From Oscillospiraceae bacterium (lineage in GTDB: Bacteria > Bacillota > Clostridia > Oscillospirales > Ruminococcaceae), in contig JAVWZM010000001.1 of the NCBI GenBank assembly GCA_036661035.1, forward strand, positions 3,022 through 67,021: 64,000 bases of DNA, written 5' to 3'. Shown one piece after another: positions 38,525 through 48,401 of the stretch (positions within the stretch are counted from its first letter, which is position 1; the number at the start of each line of letters is the position of its first letter). The notes under the pieces are model-generated. The model was not told where the DNA came from. It worked only from the letters and a program-made list of their open reading frames with translations, and did no database searches. A program made the position numbers and the translations under genes.

Positions 38525-40930
38525 TTGAAATACGATTTTAAAACCATAGAAAATAAGTGGCAGGGTATATGGCAAAAAGAAAATACCTTTGCCGCTAAGC
38601 AAGATTTTTCGCTGCCGAAGTTTTATGCCTTGGTAGAGTTTCCGTATCCGTCGGGACAGGGGCTACATGTGGGGCACCCACGCAGCTATACTGCCCTTGA
38701 TATTGTGTCGCGCAAAAAACGGCTTTGCGGATATAATGTATTATATCCAATGGGCTGGGACGCCTTTGGTCTGCCCACGGAAAACTATGCAATGAAAAAC
38801 CATATTCACCCCGAAAAAGTGACGGCAGACAATGTGGCGCGTTTTAAATCTCAGCTTCAAAGCCTTGGCCTTTCCTTCGACTGGACTAGGGAGATAAACA
38901 CCACAGATCCCAATTATTATAAATGGACGCAGTGGATTTTTTTGCAGCTTTATAAAAAAGGGCTTGCATATAAAAAAGAAATGAGCGTAAACTGGTGTAC
39001 CTCCTGCAAGGTAGTGCTTGCCAACGAGGAAGTGGTAAACGGCGTATGTGAACGCTGCGGCTGTGAGGTAATCCACAAGGTGAAAAGCCAGTGGATGCTA
39101 AAGATTACCGAATATGCAGACCGCCTTGTAGACGATTTGGACGGCCTTGATTTTATAGAGCGAGTGTCTACCCAACAAAAAAACTGGATAGGCAGAAGCT
39201 ATGGCGCAGAGGTGAAGTTTGCCACCACAGCAGGCGACGATTTAACCGTATATACCACACGCCCCGATACATTATTCGGCGCCACCTACATGGTAATTGC
39301 GCCGGAGCATGCCTTTGTGGAAAAATGGGCGGATAAGCTGCAAAACATAGACGAAGTACGCGGATATGTAGCTGCATCAAATAAAAAAAGCGATTTTGAA
39401 CGCACCGAAATGGCAAAGGAAAAAACAGGCGTAAGATTGCTTGGCGTTGAGGGTATCAACCCTGTAAACGGCGAAAAAATACCCATTTTTATTTCCGATT
39501 ACGTGCTTGTAAGCTACGGCACGGGCGCAATAATGGCAGTGCCTGCCCACGACGAACGCGACTATGCTTTCGCAAAGGCTTTCGATTTGCCTATAGTGGA
39601 AGTGGTAAAGGGCGGAGATATCGCCAAAGAGGCATATACAGACTGCACCGAGGGCGTCATGGTGAACAGCGGCTTTTTAAACGGCCTTACTGTGGACGAG
39701 GCGAAAACTAAAATTACCGAGTTTCTTACAGAGAAAAAACTGGGAGTGGCAAAAACCAATTTCAAGCTGAGGGATTGGGTATTCAGCCGTCAGCGTTATT
39801 GGGGCGAGCCTATTCCCATGGTATATTGCGAAAAATGCGGCTGGCAGCCTATTGCGGAAAGCGAGCTGCCTTTAAAGCTGCCTGATATTAAGGAATTTGA
39901 GCCAACAGGCGACGGTGAAAGCCCACTTGCACGCCTCACCGAATGGACAGATACCACTTGCCCCTGCTGCGGCGGCAAGGCAAGGCGCGAAACAGACACC
40001 ATGCCACAATGGGCAGGCTCGTCTTGGTATTATCTCAGATACATGGATCCGAATAACGACACAGCACCCGTAAGCCCGGAGGCTGTAAAATATTGGGGAC
40101 CTGTAGATTGGTATAACGGCGGTATGGAGCATACCACCTTGCATTTATTGTACAGCCGCTTTTGGCATAAATTCCTTTACGATATCGGCGTGGTGAACAC
40201 CAAAGAGCCTTATGCCAAGCGCACCAGCCACGGCATGATTTTAGGCGAAAACGGCGAAAAAATGTCGAAAAGCCGCGGAAACGTGGTAAACCCCGACGAC
40301 GTTATCAAGGAGTATGGCGCAGACACCTTGCGCGTATACGAAATGTTCATTGGCGATTTTGAAAAATCTGCCCCGTGGAACACCTCGTCTATCAAAGGCA
40401 GCCGCCGCTTTTTGGAACGTGTATGGGCACTTGCCGATTGCATGACAAGCGAGGACGGATATTCAAAAGAGCTTGAGGGCACATTTAACCGCACAATAAA
40501 AAAGGTGACAATGGATATTGAGGTGCTTAAAATGAACACCGCAATTGCCGCCATGATGAGCCTTTTAAACGAAATAGCAGACAAAAAAAGCATCACTCGC
40601 GGCGAGCTGCGCACATTTTTATTACTGCTTAATCCCTTTGCTCCGCATATCACAGAAGAAATGTGGCAAAACTGCGGCTTTAGCGGCCAGCTTGCCAAGG
40701 CAAAGTGGCCTGTGTACGACGAGGCAAAATGCCAAGAAGCAACAGTGGACATGGTGGTGCAGGTAAACGGACGTTTGCGTGCAAGGATAACAGTAGACGC
40801 GGCAATCGGCAAGGAAGACGCTCTTGCTCTTGCAAAGGCAGAGCCTAGCGTTGCAAAGGATATTATGGGCAAAACCATAGTAAAAGAGATTTTCGTACCC
40901 GGAAAACTAATAAATATCGCGGCAAAATAG
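38525..40930 (+). CDS. leuS: leucine--tRNA ligase, TTG start
   Basis: 801 aa. [16 protein letters not shown], the HVGH (HIGH-type) motif and KMSKS are present. A GGAG SD precedes the TTG. Confidence 0.95.
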   Translation: MKYDFKTIENKWQGIWQKENTFAAKQDFSLPKFYALVEFPYPSGQGLHVGHPRSYTALDIVSRKKRLCGYNVLYPMGWDAFGLPTENYAMKNHIHPEKVTADNVARFKSQLQSLGLSFDWTREINTTDPNYYKWTQWIFLQLYKKGLAYKKEMSVNWCTSCKVVLANEEVVNGVCERCGCEVIHKVKSQWMLKITEYADRLVDDLDGLDFIERVSTQQKNWIGRSYGAEVKFATTAGDDLTVYTTRPDTLFGATYMVIAPEHAFVEKWADKLQNIDEVRGYVAASNKKSDFERTEMAKEKTGVRLLGVEGINPVNGEKIPIFISDYVLVSYGTGAIMAVPAHDERDYAFAKAFDLPIVEVVKGGDIAKEAYTDCTEGVMVNSGFLNGLTVDEAKTKITEFLTEKKLGVAKTNFKLRDWVFSRQRYWGEPIPMVYCEKCGWQPIAESELPLKLPDIKEFEPTGDGESPLARLTEWTDTTCPCCGGKARRETDTMPQWAGSSWYYLRYMDPNNDTAPVSPEAVKYWGPVDWYNGGMEHTTLHLLYSRFWHKFLYDIGVVNTKEPYAKRTSHGMILGENGEKMSKSRGNVVNPDDVIKEYGADTLRVYEMFIGDFEKSAPWNTSSIKGSRRFLERVWALADCMTSEDGYSKELEGTFNRTIKKVTMDIEVLKMNTAIAAMMSLLNEIADKKSITRGELRTFLLLLNPFAPHITEEMWQNCGFSGQLAKAKWPVYDEAKCQEATVDMVVQVNGRLRARITVDAAIGKEDALALAKAEPSVAKDIMGKTIVKEIFVPGKLINIAAK

Positions 40931-40950
40931 CTTTCGGGTGAAAATAGTAG

Positions 40951-40980
40951 TTGACATTAGGTAGTGTTACATTGTATAAT
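40951..40980 (+). promoter_or_regulatory. promoter of rpsU
   Basis: TTGACA-18 nt-TATAAT, 55 nt upstream of the rpsU ATG. Confidence 0.55.
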
Positions 40981-41034
40981 TTTAGTTGTTGATTAAAACC
41001 CAACTCCTACCTAAGGATAAGGGAGGGACAAAAG

Positions 41035-41211
41035 ATGTCGGAAATCAGAATTAAGGACAACGAATCATTAGATAGCGCGTTGCGTCGTTTCAAACGCTCC
41101 TGCGCGCGCTCTGGTGTTCTTGCTGAAGTGCGCAAGCGCGAAGCTTACGAGAAACCTTCTGTAAGGCGCAAGAAAAAGTCCGAAGCTGCCCGCAAACGCA
41201 AGTTTAAATAA
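41035..41211 (+). CDS. rpsU: 30S ribosomal protein S21 (below the 60-aa cutoff of the ORF track)
   Basis: My own translation gives [69 protein letters not shown] lies upstream and a strong terminator follows. Confidence 0.9.
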   Translation: MSEIRIKDNESLDSALRRFKRSCARSGVLAEVRKREAYEKPSVRRKKKSEAARKRKFK

Positions 41212-41241
41212 TTGCGTGGGCACGCGGTAAATACGCGGTGA

Positions 41242-41268
41242 AGCGGGCCTTACAAGGCCCGCTTTTTG
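41242..41268 (+). terminator. rho-independent terminator after rpsU
   Basis: GCGGGCC-ttacaa-GGCCCGC followed by TTTTTG. Confidence 0.85.
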
Positions 41269-41278
41269 TTGCATATTA

Positions 41279-41343
41279 TATATGCGGCATAGCTATTTGC
41301 GCGATAATACGGCAATGTGTGCATACATTGCTGTATTTGTGCT
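41279..41343 (+). repeat. partial (3' part) copy of repeat family A
   Basis: TATATGCGGCATAGCTATTTGCGCGATAATACGGCAATGTGTGCATACATTGCTGTATTTGTG parallels 50608-50670 (TATATGCGCCGACC...GCGCAATAGCAATGCGTGCGCACATTGCTATATTATGTG). Confidence 0.55.
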
Positions 41344-41444
41344 TAGTATTTTTATTTAACACAATGTATTCTAGGCGGCGGTCTTAACCGCTTTTCTTTC
41401 GTGAGTTTTGCACGGGGATATTATTTTTAAAAAGGAGGGCGAGC

Positions 41445-41963
41445 ATGCCTTTATTTGTACCTACTTTAATATTGGAGGGCGTAGAGGCTATCACGCCTGA
41501 GCTTTTGAAAAGCATGGGCATAAAAGCCCTTATTTTAGATGTGGACAATACCCTTACTGCCCACGGCAGCCAAGAATTGCCCGAAAATGTAAAAGCATGG
41601 CTTGCCGATATGCGCAAAGCCAATGTGCAGATGATGATAGCGTCAAATAATGTGGCAAAGCGAGTAAAGCCTTTTGCAAAAAAGATTAATTTGCCCTTTG
41701 AGGCGTTTTGCATAAAGCCGCTACCTTTTAAGCTTATGCGTATTCGCAAGGAGCTGGCGGTAAAACGCAGCGAGCTTGCCCTTGTGGGCGACCAGATATT
41801 TACCGACACCTTGGCGGCGAATTTTTACGGAATATGCATGCTGCTTGTAGAACCTATGCAAAGCGACCACATTGCCACTATACGCCTTAAACGGCAGCTT
41901 GAAAAACCATTTTTAACACATTATTATAAAAACGGCGGTAAGCGTATTACCAAAAATAAATAA
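41445..41963 (+). CDS. yqeG: YqeG family HAD-IIIA phosphatase
   Basis: IKALILDVDNTLTAHGS...VGDQIFTD are HAD motifs, and the 172-aa size is typical. Confidence 0.85.
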   Translation: MPLFVPTLILEGVEAITPELLKSMGIKALILDVDNTLTAHGSQELPENVKAWLADMRKANVQMMIASNNVAKRVKPFAKKINLPFEAFCIKPLPFKLMRIRKELAVKRSELALVGDQIFTDTLAANFYGICMLLVEPMQSDHIATIRLKRQLEKPFLTHYYKNGGKRITKNK

Positions 41964-41978
41964 AAGAGGCTATTAATT

Positions 41979-43049
41979 ATGAACGACAGAATGAACGCGC
42001 TTTTTACCAAAATGCCACAATGCGAAGCGGCTTATATTAAAACAGAAGTAAATAGGTTTTACTTTCTCGGCTTTGATTCGGGCGATGCAGGCACAGTGCT
42101 TTTGCTGCGCGACAAAGCATATTTTATCATAGATTCGCGCTATATAGAAATAGCCACGGAAAATGTAAAAACTGCCGATGTAGTGCTGGAAAACAAAGCA
42201 CTTGTACAGGTGAAGGAGCTTTTGGAAAAGCACGGTGTTAAAAAGCTGCATCTTGAAAGCGGCCTTACACTTGGCGAGGCAGCAAAGCTGAGCGAGGCTT
42301 TGGGCGGCGGCATAGAGCTAGACACAAGCGACGCGCTGACGGGCGTTATCACAAACCTGCGCGCCATGAAAAGCGAGGAAGAAGTGGACGCAATACGCCG
42401 CGCGCAAAAAATAACAGACGACTGCTTTAGCTATATGTTAACCTACATTAAGCCCGGCATGCGAGAGATAGATATAGCCCTTGAAATGGAAATGTTTATG
42501 CGCCGTGCAGGTGCTAAAAAGCTTGCCTTTAACACTATTTTAATCGCAGGTAAAAAAACCAGCTTGCCCCATGGCGAGCCCGGGGATAATATAGTGCAAA
42601 ACGGGGATTTTATAACTATGGATTTCGGCGCGAATGTAGATGGCTATTGCTCCGACATGACGCGTACAATCGCCCTTGGCAGCATTACAGAGGAACAAAG
42701 GCTTGTATACGAAACAGTGCTTAAAGCGCAATTGGCAGCATGCGAAGGCGCAAAGGCAGGCATGCGTGGGTGCGAGGTAGACAAAATATCCAGAGATATT
42801 ATAAATAGTGCAGGCTTCGAGGGCAAATTTGGCCACGGGCTTGGACATTCCCTTGGAATAGAGATACACGAGGATCCTCGTTTTAGCCCAACCTGCGACA
42901 CTATTATCCAAAAAGGCATGATGATGACTATAGAGCCGGGTATCTACTTGGCAGGCAAATTTGGCGTGCGCATAGAGGATACTGTGTTAATGTGCGAGAA
43001 TGGCATTGAAATACTGGCAAAAAGTGATAAAAACCTTATTGTTATTTAG
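41979..43049 (+). CDS. M24 family Xaa-Pro aminopeptidase/dipeptidase
   Basis: Creatinase-like N-domain plus an M24 core (DFGANVDGYCSDMTRT, HGLGHSLGIEIHE, TIEPGIY, IEDTV). It lies upstream of efp, as B. subtilis yqhT does. Confidence 0.88.
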   Translation: MNDRMNALFTKMPQCEAAYIKTEVNRFYFLGFDSGDAGTVLLLRDKAYFIIDSRYIEIATENVKTADVVLENKALVQVKELLEKHGVKKLHLESGLTLGEAAKLSEALGGGIELDTSDALTGVITNLRAMKSEEEVDAIRRAQKITDDCFSYMLTYIKPGMREIDIALEMEMFMRRAGAKKLAFNTILIAGKKTSLPHGEPGDNIVQNGDFITMDFGANVDGYCSDMTRTIALGSITEEQRLVYETVLKAQLAACEGAKAGMRGCEVDKISRDIINSAGFEGKFGHGLGHSLGIEIHEDPRFSPTCDTIIQKGMMMTIEPGIYLAGKFGVRIEDTVLMCENGIEILAKSDKNLIVI

Positions 43050-43067
43050 AATAATGTCATTTAGGGC

Positions 43068-43096
43068 TTGAAAATCCATTTGTTTTACTGTAGAAT
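43068..43096 (+). promoter_or_regulatory. candidate promoter of efp
   Basis: TTGAAA-17 nt-TAGAAT. Confidence 0.45.
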
Positions 43097-43153
43097 TAGT
43101 TAGATATATAAAAACTAAATTTATATTCATTTATAATTACTGGAGGATATTTT

Positions 43154-43711
43154 ATGATCTCAGCAGGCGAGTTTCGCAACGGTATAACCTTTGAGGAGGA
43201 CGGCAACGTTTTTCAAATTGTAGAATTTCAACATGTCAAGCCGGGTAAGGGCGCGGCATTTGTGCGCACCAAAACACGTAATGTTATTACTGGCTCTGTG
43301 GTGGAGAAAACATACAACCCCACAGCCAAATTCCCCACAGCGGTTATCGAACGCCGCGAGATGCAGTATCTATATGAGGACGGCGGTCTATACTATTTTA
43401 TGGATACTGAAACCTACGAGCAACAGCCTGTAAACGAGGCGGATTTGTCCGACAGCTTTAAGTTTGTTAAAGAAAACGAGCTGGTTAAAATCCTTAGCTA
43501 TAAGGGCAAGGTTTTTGGCATAGAGGCACCAAACTTTGTAGTGCTGCAAATTGTTAAAACAGAGCCGGGCGCTAAGGGCAATACAGCCACCAACACATTA
43601 AAACCTGCCATTCTTGAAACAGGCGCGGAAATCCGCGTGCCACTGTTTATCAACGAGGGCGAGAGTATTCGCATAGATACACGCACAGGCGAATATATGG
43701 ACCGCGCATAA
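43154..43711 (+). CDS. efp: elongation factor P
   Basis: [43 protein letters not shown]... is canonical EF-P. Confidence 0.95.
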   Translation: MISAGEFRNGITFEEDGNVFQIVEFQHVKPGKGAAFVRTKTRNVITGSVVEKTYNPTAKFPTAVIERREMQYLYEDGGLYYFMDTETYEQQPVNEADLSDSFKFVKENELVKILSYKGKVFGIEAPNFVVLQIVKTEPGAKGNTATNTLKPAILETGAEIRVPLFINEGESIRIDTRTGEYMDRA

Positions 43712-43783
43712 ATAGCGTCTTACGGATAAAGCTATAAAGGCTTTGTCCGTTTGCAAACACAAATATAAAGGAGGCAATTTACC

Positions 43784-44218
43784 ATGAACCTTACAGAAAA
43801 AACAGCCTATATCAAGGGCCTAATGGACGGCTTGGAGCTAGACGCCGGCAAAAAGGAAACAAAGGTGCTAAACGCAATTTTAGATGTGCTTACAGACCTT
43901 ACCAATGATGTTAGCGATATGGAAGAAGACGTTTCTCAGCTTTATGACGAAATAGACGCCATGGACGAGGATATGGACGACCTTGAGAATTATGTATTCG
44001 GCGACGAAGAAGACGAAGATGACGATGAGGACGAGGAATATGACGACGGCCTTTTTGAAATCACTTGCCCTAATTGCGGCGAAGTAGTGTGTGTAGACGA
44101 GGAAATGCTTACAGATGAAAATCTTGCATGCCCAAACTGCGCAACAAAGTTTGAAATTGATTTTGGCGAAGATTGCGGCTGTGGCTGCGGCGACGACTGC
44201 GATTGCCATAAAGACTAA
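43784..44218 (+). CDS. acidic protein with a C-terminal CxxC...CxxC zinc ribbon (CD1247 N-terminal domain-like)
   Basis: MNLTEKTAYIKGLMDGLELD..., a long D/E-rich tract, then CPNCGEVV...CPNCATKFE and a Cys-rich tail. AAGGAGG SD. Confidence 0.6.
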   Translation: MNLTEKTAYIKGLMDGLELDAGKKETKVLNAILDVLTDLTNDVSDMEEDVSQLYDEIDAMDEDMDDLENYVFGDEEDEDDDEDEEYDDGLFEITCPNCGEVVCVDEEMLTDENLACPNCATKFEIDFGEDCGCGCGDDCDCHKD

Positions 44219-44237
44219 TTTTACAAACCTTACAAGC

Positions 44238-44274
44238 AAAATCGGCAGCTACAATTGTAGCTGCCGATTTTTTG
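44238..44274. terminator. bidirectional terminator between convergent genes
   Basis: 14-bp stem AATCGGCAGCTACA/TGTAGCTGCCGATT flanked by AAAA and TTTTTT. Confidence 0.85.
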
Positions 44275-44347
44275 GATTTTGGCTCTATACTAATTTGGCA
44301 AAGAACCGCAGTTCTTTATATTTGTGTGTTTGCTAACAGGCGGCACA

Positions 44348-47266
44348 TTAATATCGCTTAGCCAAGGGAACCAGCAGGGTTAATGCTGCCCATGCGCACT
44401 GAAAAAGTATCACTGCCGCAAGGCTGATGCCTGTAAGCCCGTTTGTAACGCTTAATAGCACCCCAAGTGCCACACCAAGAATAATTGCCGCACATTGCAC
44501 AAAGCTTGCCATGCGCTCTCCTGAGGCGGTGCCTGCGGCTGCGCGCAAGCCACCGATAAAGCTAGAGAAAGTACCCATATGGGTAAGCACACCCTCGCTT
44601 TCGGGCATATAGGAGGTTTTTGCGGCAAGGGCGTCGCGCTCAATGCCTGTAAGCACTTTAACACTGTTTTTGGGCAAATCGTACACGTCTGTAATAAGCT
44701 CTGAGTTGATGTTGAAATCGTCGGATTTCACAAGCAGAGAAATGCCGCTTTTGCGCAAACCCTGCACTACCTCCATGGCGTCCTCGTCGGGGCTGTAGCT
44801 AACTACAAACATGCCGAAAAGCTTGCCGGATACAGCAAGATATATTGGGCAACGTTCGCCCTTGGTGTATTTCATTTCGTAATCGAGAGAGGGAATATCA
44901 ATATCATGCTTTTGCATCATGGCACGGTTGCCCAGTACCACGCGGCTATGCTCTATCCATGCGGTAAAACCGTAGCCCGGCTCTATGCCAACACTTTCGG
45001 TTTTATACAGCATGTCTGTTTTGTTTTCAATAACACCGAGGAAAATATCACGCAGGGTGTCGCAGCTTTCTATAAAAATGCTTGCGGCGTAAAGAATGGC
45101 AAGGTCGATGCGCTCTTTTTCAAAGGTTTTGATGCCGTGAAGCCTTACGGTAGAAGGCGGGAATAAATCGCGCGCGTTTACAAGGGCAACATTGGCTTCG
45201 CCAAGTGCGGCAATTGCGCTCCAGCCCGGCACCACGGCGCCTACTCTTGTGGCACTGCGTTGCATCAACAAGCTTGGCACGGCAGAAAGCAAAGTGCTGG
45301 CAAGTGGGCTTGCAAAACACAAAAGTGCCGCAAAGGCAGATATGGCAGTAAAAATATTTTTGGTGCTGATATACGTGATAATGCCACATACAAATGCGCA
45401 GAACAAAGCGATATATCCCATTATGCGAGCAGTATAATCGCTCTGACGCACGGAGAAGCTTTGGCGCAAAAAGCCGCGTACAAGCGCCGTTGGGCGGCTT
45501 ACAAGCAGGGCAGGCTCAGGCTCTGCCAATCCTTCGCATACTCTGGACGAAAGCTCCTTGTCTTTTATAACATATGCCGCCGCATGCTCGTGCCCTACGC
45601 TGACGGTGCTGAAATTGCGGCAAACAATATTGCAGTGCATATGCTTGCCGATAGCGTTAGTAAGCATCAGCAAGGCGGCGATTGGTGCAAATAAGGTAAC
45701 TTTTTCAGGGCTGAATTGCTCGGGCTTTATTACAAATGCCAAGTTTTGTATTATTGCGCCAAGCAGTGCAATAGACGGTAAAATATCTGCGCTGGCGTCT
45801 TTAAACAGGGCGGAAATCCCACTTGTAATTGTAGGAAAAGATACAAGACCTGTAACAATAAGCAAAATAAGATTAACTATTAAAAACAAAAACGGCTCGT
45901 TTGCGGGGTTTAGCACAGGGATAGACGGCAAAAGCCCGGTGCGTGAGGATAAACCGAGATACAATAAAAGCAGTGTGGTTAAGCCGCATGCAACTATGCG
46001 CAATGTGCAGTTTGTGCGCATGGATTTGAGGGTGCTTTCCACTGCCGGAGCGTCAGATGGTGTGTTGTAATCGTCGTCTTTGTCATTTGCGCTTTCATCT
46101 GCATCTGTGGGCAGGGGAATGTCGATGTCGCCGGTAAGCTCGCCGGTTTCTGCGCGCCGCGCACCAAAAAAACTGCGCAAAAGCTTGCCGGCTTTATTGC
46201 CGTGCAAGCCTTTTTCAAGTTCATCGCGGTCTATCGCCACGGTTTCGCCAAAAAACTCGCGAAAGGTTTCGTCTACTTCGCTAAGCTTCATTGTGCCGGT
46301 GCGCACTGCCGCATTGGCGGCTTCTTCCTCGTAATTGGGCTTTATTACAAATGTGGCAGCCTTTGCCTTGTGGGCGTGCGCCACAGCTTCTGTAGCTGCC
46401 AAAAATTCCAAGGTGGGTTCTTCGTCGTCTTTAATAAGCTTGTCGGACGGCTTTTCTGCGAAAGCGTCAATATGCTCGGTGCCGCCCTCAGGCAAATCAT
46501 TTTGCGATGCGTTAGGAGCAATTGGTGGTGTCTTCGGAGCAATTTGCGATGCGTTAGGAGCAATTTGCGGTGCCTTCGGAGAAATTGACGAAGAAGTGGC
46601 CACATTATGCGAAGGCTCGTTTTGACGCTGCATAGCCTGCGCCCCATGCAAAGGCTCGGCAACACTTTTACTCGGTGCTACTTGTGGCTTGCCACTTTGG
46701 ACGGGCTGAATAGCCTCGCTATTTGCCATAGGCGCAAAAGTGTCGCTTAAAGGGCTTTGCTCATTATGGCTTAGCACACTTGCGAAGGCATCTTGGTATT
46801 CGTCGTCCTCCTCGTCGCTGTCCCATGTGCTTGAAGGCTTGGTTTTAAGCAAACGCTCTTTAAAGCTTTTGTGTTCACGCACGGGAGCAACGGGTGCTTG
46901 CTTAACATCGTTATCCTCGGAAAATTCGTCATCTTGCAAGGTGCTTAAATCCACATTTTTAATAGAACTGTCGTTTTTAGGCGCAAAGGTTTCGGCAAAG
47001 CTTTCATCTGCCAAAAAGCTTTTTTTACTTTTTGGATCCGGATTATATTCAAAGCTATTTATTTTAGAAACAGGTGGTGCGGGTGGCTCAGGGGGCGTTT
47101 TTTTATCGTTACATTCTAAACGTGATTCAAGCCCTAAATCTGCAAGAATATTGTCAATGTCGTTTTCTTCACCGAAATCGGTGTGGGCTTTGCCTTGCAA
47201 AATATCCTGCAAAAGCTCGTCCAGCTCGCCACGGCTGTTATTATCTTGCAAATAAAACACCTCCAC
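44348..47266 (-). CDS. large membrane protein: degenerate (apparently catalytically inactive) P1B-type ATPase-like core with a ~430-aa disordered N-terminal extension
   Basis: The C-terminal ~540 aa follow the heavy-metal ATPase layout by eye, but the motifs are replaced: CPC by ASP, DKTGT by NARDL, TGDN by KSDDF, GDGxND absent. The N-terminus is D/E/P/S/A-rich. The start is more likely TTG 47251, 8 nt after GGAGG, than GTG 47266. Confidence 0.6.
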   Translation of the reverse strand: MEVFYLQDNNSRGELDELLQDILQGKAHTDFGEENDIDNILADLGLESRLECNDKKTPPEPPAPPVSKINSFEYNPDPKSKKSFLADESFAETFAPKNDSSIKNVDLSTLQDDEFSEDNDVKQAPVAPVREHKSFKERLLKTKPSSTWDSDEEDDEYQDAFASVLSHNEQSPLSDTFAPMANSEAIQPVQSGKPQVAPSKSVAEPLHGAQAMQRQNEPSHNVATSSSISPKAPQIAPNASQIAPKTPPIAPNASQNDLPEGGTEHIDAFAEKPSDKLIKDDEEPTLEFLAATEAVAHAHKAKAATFVIKPNYEEEAANAAVRTGTMKLSEVDETFREFFGETVAIDRDELEKGLHGNKAGKLLRSFFGARRAETGELTGDIDIPLPTDADESANDKDDDYNTPSDAPAVESTLKSMRTNCTLRIVACGLTTLLLLYLGLSSRTGLLPSIPVLNPANEPFLFLIVNLILLIVTGLVSFPTITSGISALFKDASADILPSIALLGAIIQNLAFVIKPEQFSPEKVTLFAPIAALLMLTNAIGKHMHCNIVCRNFSTVSVGHEHAAAYVIKDKELSSRVCEGLAEPEPALLVSRPTALVRGFLRQSFSVRQSDYTARIMGYIALFCAFVCGIITYISTKNIFTAISAFAALLCFASPLASTLLSAVPSLLMQRSATRVGAVVPGWSAIAALGEANVALVNARDLFPPSTVRLHGIKTFEKERIDLAILYAASIFIESCDTLRDIFLGVIENKTDMLYKTESVGIEPGYGFTAWIEHSRVVLGNRAMMQKHDIDIPSLDYEMKYTKGERCPIYLAVSGKLFGMFVVSYSPDEDAMEVVQGLRKSGISLLVKSDDFNINSELITDVYDLPKNSVKVLTGIERDALAAKTSYMPESEGVLTHMGTFSSFIGGLRAAAGTASGERMASFVQCAAIILGVALGVLLSVTNGLTGISLAAVILFQCAWAALTLLVPLAKRY
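46496..46579 (-). repeat. 42-nt tandem duplication inside the ATPase-like gene (14-aa units PKAPQIAPNASQIA / PKTPPIAPNASQND)
   Basis: Two adjacent 42-nt units differ at a few positions. Each also shows an internal 21-nt/7-aa xxxIAPx periodicity. Confidence 0.8.
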
Positions 47267-47393
47267 AAGCTTGCAAACGCAAATAGCGCGGCAAGCTTAA
47301 ATTTATAATTAAATACAATGTGCCTATTCGGCATTAAACAAATATGCTAATAGGCAATTGCGCAATTTTATAATTACCAAAAATATATTAAGG

Positions 47394-48161
47394 CTATTTT
47401 GTGCGCTGACGCATTATTTCGTACAATATAATACCCGACGCCACAGACACGTTAAAGCTGTCTATGTCGCTGCTGTTTACAGCCATGGGCAATGAAACAA
47501 CGCCGTCGCACAGGCTTTTAACCAATGTGGATACTCCGCTGCCCTCGCTGCCAACCACCAAGGCAATGGCACCTGTAAGGTTTTCGCTGTAGGCGGCTCT
47601 GCCGTTCATGTCAGCGCAATATACAAAAACGTTTTCGCTTTTTAGGCGGCGCACACATTCGCCAATGTTTGCCACACGCGCCACAGGTAGGCGAGAGGCT
47701 GCCCCTGCGCTGGATTTAAGTACAACAGGTGTTACACCAACACCGCCGCGCTTAGGTATTATAATGCCGTGGGCGCCGCATAGATATGCACTGCGGATAA
47801 TGGCACCAAGGTTGTGTGGATCCTCCACGCCGTCGGCAAGCACAATAAAGGGCGGCTCGCCCTTTTGCTTTGCAATATCCAAAAGGCTTTCCAAGGTGGC
47901 GTATTCCACACTTGCCGCATATGCAGCCACGCCTTGATGCGCGTCTGTGCCGCATATGCCACGCAGCTTTGTGGGGTGTACACGCTTTACAACGGCGCCT
48001 ACTTCCTTGGCAAGGGCGGTGTAGTAGCCTGCTGTTGCTTCGTTCATGGTGTCTTGTATAAACACTGTGTCCACGGCACCGCCGCTTTTTAAAAGCTCTG
48101 TAACTGCGTTTTTGCCATAGGCAAGTGTAGTTTCATCGCGCAAATCGTTTTTTAAATCCAT
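47394..48161 (-). CDS. rlmB: 23S rRNA (guanosine-2'-O)-methyltransferase RlmB
   Basis: YGKNAVTELLKSG..., SpoU motifs (EDPHNLGAIIRSA, VVGSEGSGVS, SFNVSVASGIILYE) and an N-terminal substrate-binding domain. Confidence 0.88.
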   Translation of the reverse strand: MDLKNDLRDETTLAYGKNAVTELLKSGGAVDTVFIQDTMNEATAGYYTALAKEVGAVVKRVHPTKLRGICGTDAHQGVAAYAASVEYATLESLLDIAKQKGEPPFIVLADGVEDPHNLGAIIRSAYLCGAHGIIIPKRGGVGVTPVVLKSSAGAASRLPVARVANIGECVRRLKSENVFVYCADMNGRAAYSENLTGAIALVVGSEGSGVSTLVKSLCDGVVSLPMAVNSSDIDSFNVSVASGIILYEIMRQRTK

Positions 48162-48401
48162 TTTTCCTCCAAAGCATCAATTAAATACATATATAATGTA
48201 TAGTATATCATATCTGTTTATTGTTTTCTATATATTTTGCCATAATGCTTGTAAGATTTTGCCGTAATATGCGCTTTGCCAATCGGCAGGGGTGGCTTTA
48301 TGCTGCTTGATTTTCTGCATTTTATAATGCTTGAAATAAACGCAGTGTTAAAATGATACGTCTGTGACGATTGCATATGCTGCAAGCTTAGAATATGAGC
48401 T

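Noticed and set aside
41068-41274. 68-aa minus-strand ORF.
   Set aside because: It is antisense to the clearly real rpsU gene and its terminator.
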